From NCBI GenBank assembly GCA_964016885.1, contig OZ024751.1, positions 20,460,001-20,524,000 on the forward strand: DNA of 64,000 nucleotides, in the 5' to 3' direction. Of the stretch, positions 58,596 to 64,000 are shown piece after piece; the stretch's first letter is position 1, and every line of letters begins with the position of its first letter. The notes under the pieces were generated by a model that saw nothing but the letters and a program-made list of their open reading frames with translations, was not told the origin of the DNA and made no database searches. Made by a program: the position numbers and the translations under genes. This DNA comes from Eledone cirrhosa. Its lineage: Eukaryota.

Positions 58596-59161
58596 TAAAT
58601 ATCCAAGGGAAAGGGAAAGCGTGTATCTAGGGTAGAGGGCTGTCGACAAACTCTCTACCCTCAGTCCTGGGTGTATATCTCATGCTGCACCCCCGCGGAC
58701 AGAATGGTGGTGGACAACCAACGGTACGCGCTTCATCAGCCACTCAAACACATGGGTGTTCCTTCCTCGGGCGGGAAACACTCTTCACAATTTGGCAGAG
58801 GAGGACATCAGAGATCTCGACCTGTGACCTGCAGGAAAAGGAATCCGGTCGATCAAGTCTCTCACGGTATTTGGATTTATTTCTCCACTCCTCTCTTCTT
58901 CCCCACCCCCCTCCGCGTTACGGGTTGCAGTGCCCCGGGTTGATGGCCGAAATGACAAAGCTAGAAGCGGAGGAGCTGTCGCAGACACGACTAATGTTAA
59001 CTCGTGAATTAATTCTCCTTCCTTTCTGCCTCCCACACGAAGAATTTCAGAAATGCTAAGTGAAGGAACAAATACGAAAGTCAAATAATATATATATCCT
59101 TATATATATATGTATGTATTTACATATACATATATGTACATAAATACCTATATATACAGAT

Positions 59162-59198
<37 letters not shown>

Positions 59199-59444
59199 CA
59201 CAGACACACACACACATCAACCCACCTCGTTTGTCAACACCTTTCAACATATTTTACAAAACTACAAATTGTTTCATTTGATTTCATTTTTTTTTTAAAT
59301 TAATTTTACTTTATTTTAGATTGAATTTTATTTAGTTTATAATTACTTTTCTTATAACATATGTACACACACACACACATATATATATATACATGTGTGT
59401 GTGTGTGTATGCATATGTATATATATATATATGTGTATATATAT

Positions 59445-59479
<35 letters not shown>

Positions 59480-59526
59480 CATATATACATATAAATATAT
59501 ATATATATATATATATACATATATAC

Positions 59527-59631
<105 letters not shown>

Positions 59632-59633
59632 TT

Positions 59634-59664
<31 letters not shown>

Positions 59665-59679
59665 GTATATATATATATG

Positions 59680-59728
<49 letters not shown>

Positions 59729-59746
59729 TTATATATATATATATAT

Positions 59747-59790
<44 letters not shown>

Positions 59791-60374
59791 TTATATATAT
59801 GTAATATATTTTATTGTTTTTATTTTTTTATTTTTCATAATTTATAGATACATTTATATTAGGCTGTCTGGTCTGACAACCTAATACTGACCCCTCCCCC
59901 CCCCTCCCACCTAATTTCTGTATCTTGATCTTGAAATGTGTGTACCAGTGTGTTTATGTGAGTGACTTAATTTCTGTTTGCTTATGATTTTATATCCACA
60001 TATATAAATGTGAGTGGGGGGTGTGTGTGTGTTTGTGTGTTCGTGGTTATGTGTATATTTATATATATACGCACATGTATGTGTGATTATACTGATATGT
60101 GTGAGTATGAAAAAAATATATTTATATGCTTGACTACATAAGTATCATTGCGTATCTTATCAGCGCATTAAGCTTACAGAGATATTAACCTTGAAATTTT
60201 TTATTTGCATCCATCTTTTTAGTATGCACATACATATTATACACACATTATTGTAAAATGTGTGTAGGGTTTTACATGTATATACACACACCAAACTGCT
60301 TTTTAACCCTTTGTGTTTTCATTGGTCAATTTTGAACTGATATTTTGAATTGTTGTTATTATCAATAAATATAC

Positions 60375-60529
60375 TTCATTATTTCTGAAGACGGCGTATA
60401 TATGAGTTAGGTATGTATATTTAATCTTGATAATTTGTATAATTTTGTATAATTTTGTACATAGATCTGTTAAATATGCATACCAATTATAGCACATATA
60501 TACCCTAGAAACGATCGTTAAATAGTGAA
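60375..60529 (+). ncRNA. Hammerhead ribozyme with very long stem II (family J)
   Basis: ttcattattt-CTGAAGA(60385)-about 115 nt-GAAA(60508)-cgatcgt-T|aaatagtgaa; 10-bp stem I; palindromic ACGATCGT. Confidence 0.8.
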
Positions 60530-60580
60530 CTTTTTTTGTTTAATATAAGGAATTGTTTGTTCATTATTTGTTTAATATTT

Positions 60581-60614
<34 letters not shown>

Positions 60615-60642
60615 CATATATACATATATATATATATATATG

Positions 60643-60689
<47 letters not shown>

Positions 60690-60708
60690 ATATATATATA
60701 TATGTATG

Positions 60709-60784
<76 letters not shown>

Positions 60785-61017
60785 TATGTATATATATGCA
60801 TTTACCTGGTGGAGGTTCCGTTTTATAAGAAGGAAAGAGGTGACAGGGTAAAGATCGAGAATGTTCTTCGACAATACGTCATTCCTTAGTCAGGTGTCAA
60901 TGTTGAGGACTACATGATTGTCACCTGAATAAGGTGCGTTTATGTACGTATGTATATATATGATGTGTATGTGTGTATATATATAGATGATGGGGAAATT
61001 TCTTTTATATCCAAGCA

Positions 61018-61056
<39 letters not shown>

Positions 61057-61082
61057 GAGTATATATATATATATATATACGA

Positions 61083-61129
<47 letters not shown>

Positions 61130-61133
61130 GGTC

Positions 61134-61193
<60 letters not shown>

Positions 61194-61226
61194 GGTATGT
61201 GTATATACATATATATGTCTCTAAGT

Positions 61227-61877
<651 letters not shown>

Positions 61878-61906
61878 ATAAATATATATATATATATTGT
61901 AAAAAA

Positions 61907-62117
61907 GTGTGGCTGAGTGGTTAGAGAATTGGATTCGCAATCGTAAGGTTGTGAGTTCGATTCCTGGACCAGGCGATGCGTTATGTCCTTGAGCAAGACA
62001 CTTTATTTCACGTTGCTCCTTCTACCTGGAGTTGCGACCGATAGATAGTATTAGCAATTGGAAAGACCAACGGAAACATTGTTCCCTCCGTCCGATTTGA
62101 CAAAAGTCGATCGTTCC
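61907..62117 (+). mobile_element. SINE family B copy
   Basis: Sequence match; 3' end abuts (TG)n. Confidence 0.9.
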
Positions 62118-62151
<34 letters not shown>

Positions 62152-62379
62152 GGCCGAGGGTGGCCTTTTGACAGAGACGTTAGAACGTCAAACATATTAT
62201 TTGTGGCATTCATTACGGTTCTCCGCGTTCAAATTTCGCCGAGGTCAACTTTGCCTTTCAACCTTTCGCAGTTGATAAATATAACACCAGCTCAGCACTG
62301 AGCTCGACTCCTCCTCTTCTGTCTCTGTCTCTCTCTCTATATATATATATATATTTATTTATTTAGGTTTGTTGGTTCA

Positions 62380-62757
62380 CCACTGGATAGAATTGGTCAT
62401 TCCGTATGGTCAATCTTGATGTAATATTATGGAGAGTACTCAACGTAGTGCAGTTCACCCGTCTTCGTTTTTGTAGTTGGTGGTGCTAATACAGGAGGCT
62501 GGACTGGTGTAAATCCTTGAAAAGTTTATTATACCATGATCATTTCAATGACCGGTTCAGTCGCCCTCGATGAAAGCAGCTAGTTGGTCAGTCGTCCTCT
62601 CTGTCTCTGATTTTCGGACCCATGGATTTTATATATTCCTTTGTTATATTTCGAATACCTGATGATATCACCGGATTCATACGGAACCCGGTCATTGAAA
62701 TGATCATGGTATAATAAACTTTTCAAGGATTTACACCAGTCCAACCTCCTGTTATTT
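62380..62757. mobile_element. Head-to-head hammerhead element family K
   Basis: Arms about 62491-62558 / 62684-62752; atac-CTGATGA(62659)-...-GAAA(62697)-tgatcat-G|gtat; tail motif on minus strand at 62433. Confidence 0.75.
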
Positions 62758-62763
62758 TATTTA

Positions 62764-62798
<35 letters not shown>

Positions 62799-63179
62799 AT
62801 AATAATAAATGTGAAGAATAAAATCCAAAGAGGGCTTGATAAGGATAAATATATTCCGAAGCCGAGAATCATTCGGTTTCCTAAATAGAATTTTAGTCTA
62901 CGACTTCATTTATACCATAAACGTGCTTTTGTCTTTGCGTGTAATTGTTCTCACGCACCACAAAACGACGTATTATCTTCGCTTTTTTTCCCGTTCATTG
63001 CCAGAGAACGTCTCCAAGAACCAAAGTATCGTCTTCCTGTCTTCCTTCGGTTGCAACGTTTTTCGAAATATTTACTTCTGCGTTCACAGATTGATTTTTT
63101 TACTTTCAGAAGATCCCGTTAAGGGTGAAGCAGTGATTTTTTGCTTAAACTTTAATCTATTATTTTAATAAATAAATAA

Positions 63180-63241
<62 letters not shown>

Positions 63242-63542
63242 TAGTAGCTGAACCCGGGGCCACTTTTTATTAAGTTAATAATTTGAAAAATATTATTGAA
63301 AGTTTATTATAAAGAAGCAGTTTCAGGGAAAAAAATAGAAATATGCACTTGGAACTGGACTGCATACAATGAGAAGTGGAGCGACGTGAAAAGCGTTGTT
63401 TATTAACAGCGAAATAGCAATGTCGATGATATGCAATAAACAAATTGGTGTATGGGTAGTGCCAGATGTACAATAACATGTGTGGAGGAGGTGTGACAGG
63501 AGTTTCGACTGTAACGTGTACCAAAGTTACCTTGGGATAAAA

Positions 63543-63652
63543 ATAATTGTTTCTACTTTTGGCACAAGGCCAGCAATTACCCAGTGCATTACTGGTACTT
63601 TATTTTATCGACCCCGTAAGGATGAAAAACAAAGTTAACCTCGGCGGGATTT
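63543..63652 (-). mobile_element. 5'-truncated SINE family A
   Basis: Sequence match. Confidence 0.85.
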
Positions 63653-64000
63653 AAGGAAAAACCTGAAGTTTGTTCTCATTAACATCATTTTCAAATTGCC
63701 CCTGACCCCCACTTAAATATTCAAATTGCTTCCCTGCGAAGCATGCTCCCCACGCTGTGAATAACTTTCCTAGATATTCCTTGTTCGTACCAACAAAAAT
63801 GACAGGAAAGACATAGTTGGAACATCTTTGAGCTTAAAACTGCTCGGTCATGATAGAGCTGAGGTTAAACAACAACAATACATTGATCTGGTGATTTTAC
63901 GGGCCAAACCAACCGATAGGAGAGACCCAGGGTTAGATATCCGAGAAAGATAATTGGATAACATCCATGAGCTCAGTTGATCTCTCTAGGGGATCCAGCC

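Overview
AT-rich, microsatellite-saturated animal genomic DNA with one 200-N scaffold gap. It is most likely an intergenic or intronic region of an octopus/cephalopod genome; this is inferred from repeat content, not proven. No host protein-coding gene can be supported, and nearly all ORF-track entries are translations of simple repeats. The complex sequence is mostly mobile DNA: about 35 copies/fragments of one tRNA-derived SINE (family A), about 12 copies of a tRNA/CORE-like SINE (family B) with three alternative 3' tails, a 5'-truncated R4/Dong-type RLE LINE (50733-52690), CRE-like LINE fragments (45737-46640), an internally deleted RTE-like element, and Tc1/mariner-, piggyBac- and hAT-like MITEs. 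The main result is a hidden population of short non-coding elements from at least 8-10 dissimilar sequence families, mostly embedded in (TA)n. They share one architecture: a minimal type I hammerhead ribozyme (CUGANGA...GAAA, short often palindromic stem III), a head-to-head fold-back with one short and one long arm, and a TWGAGYDCY motif in the long tail. About 17 complete or near-complete hammerhead cores can be read by eye. These look like Penelope-like element (pLTR) relics or non-autonomous derivatives.
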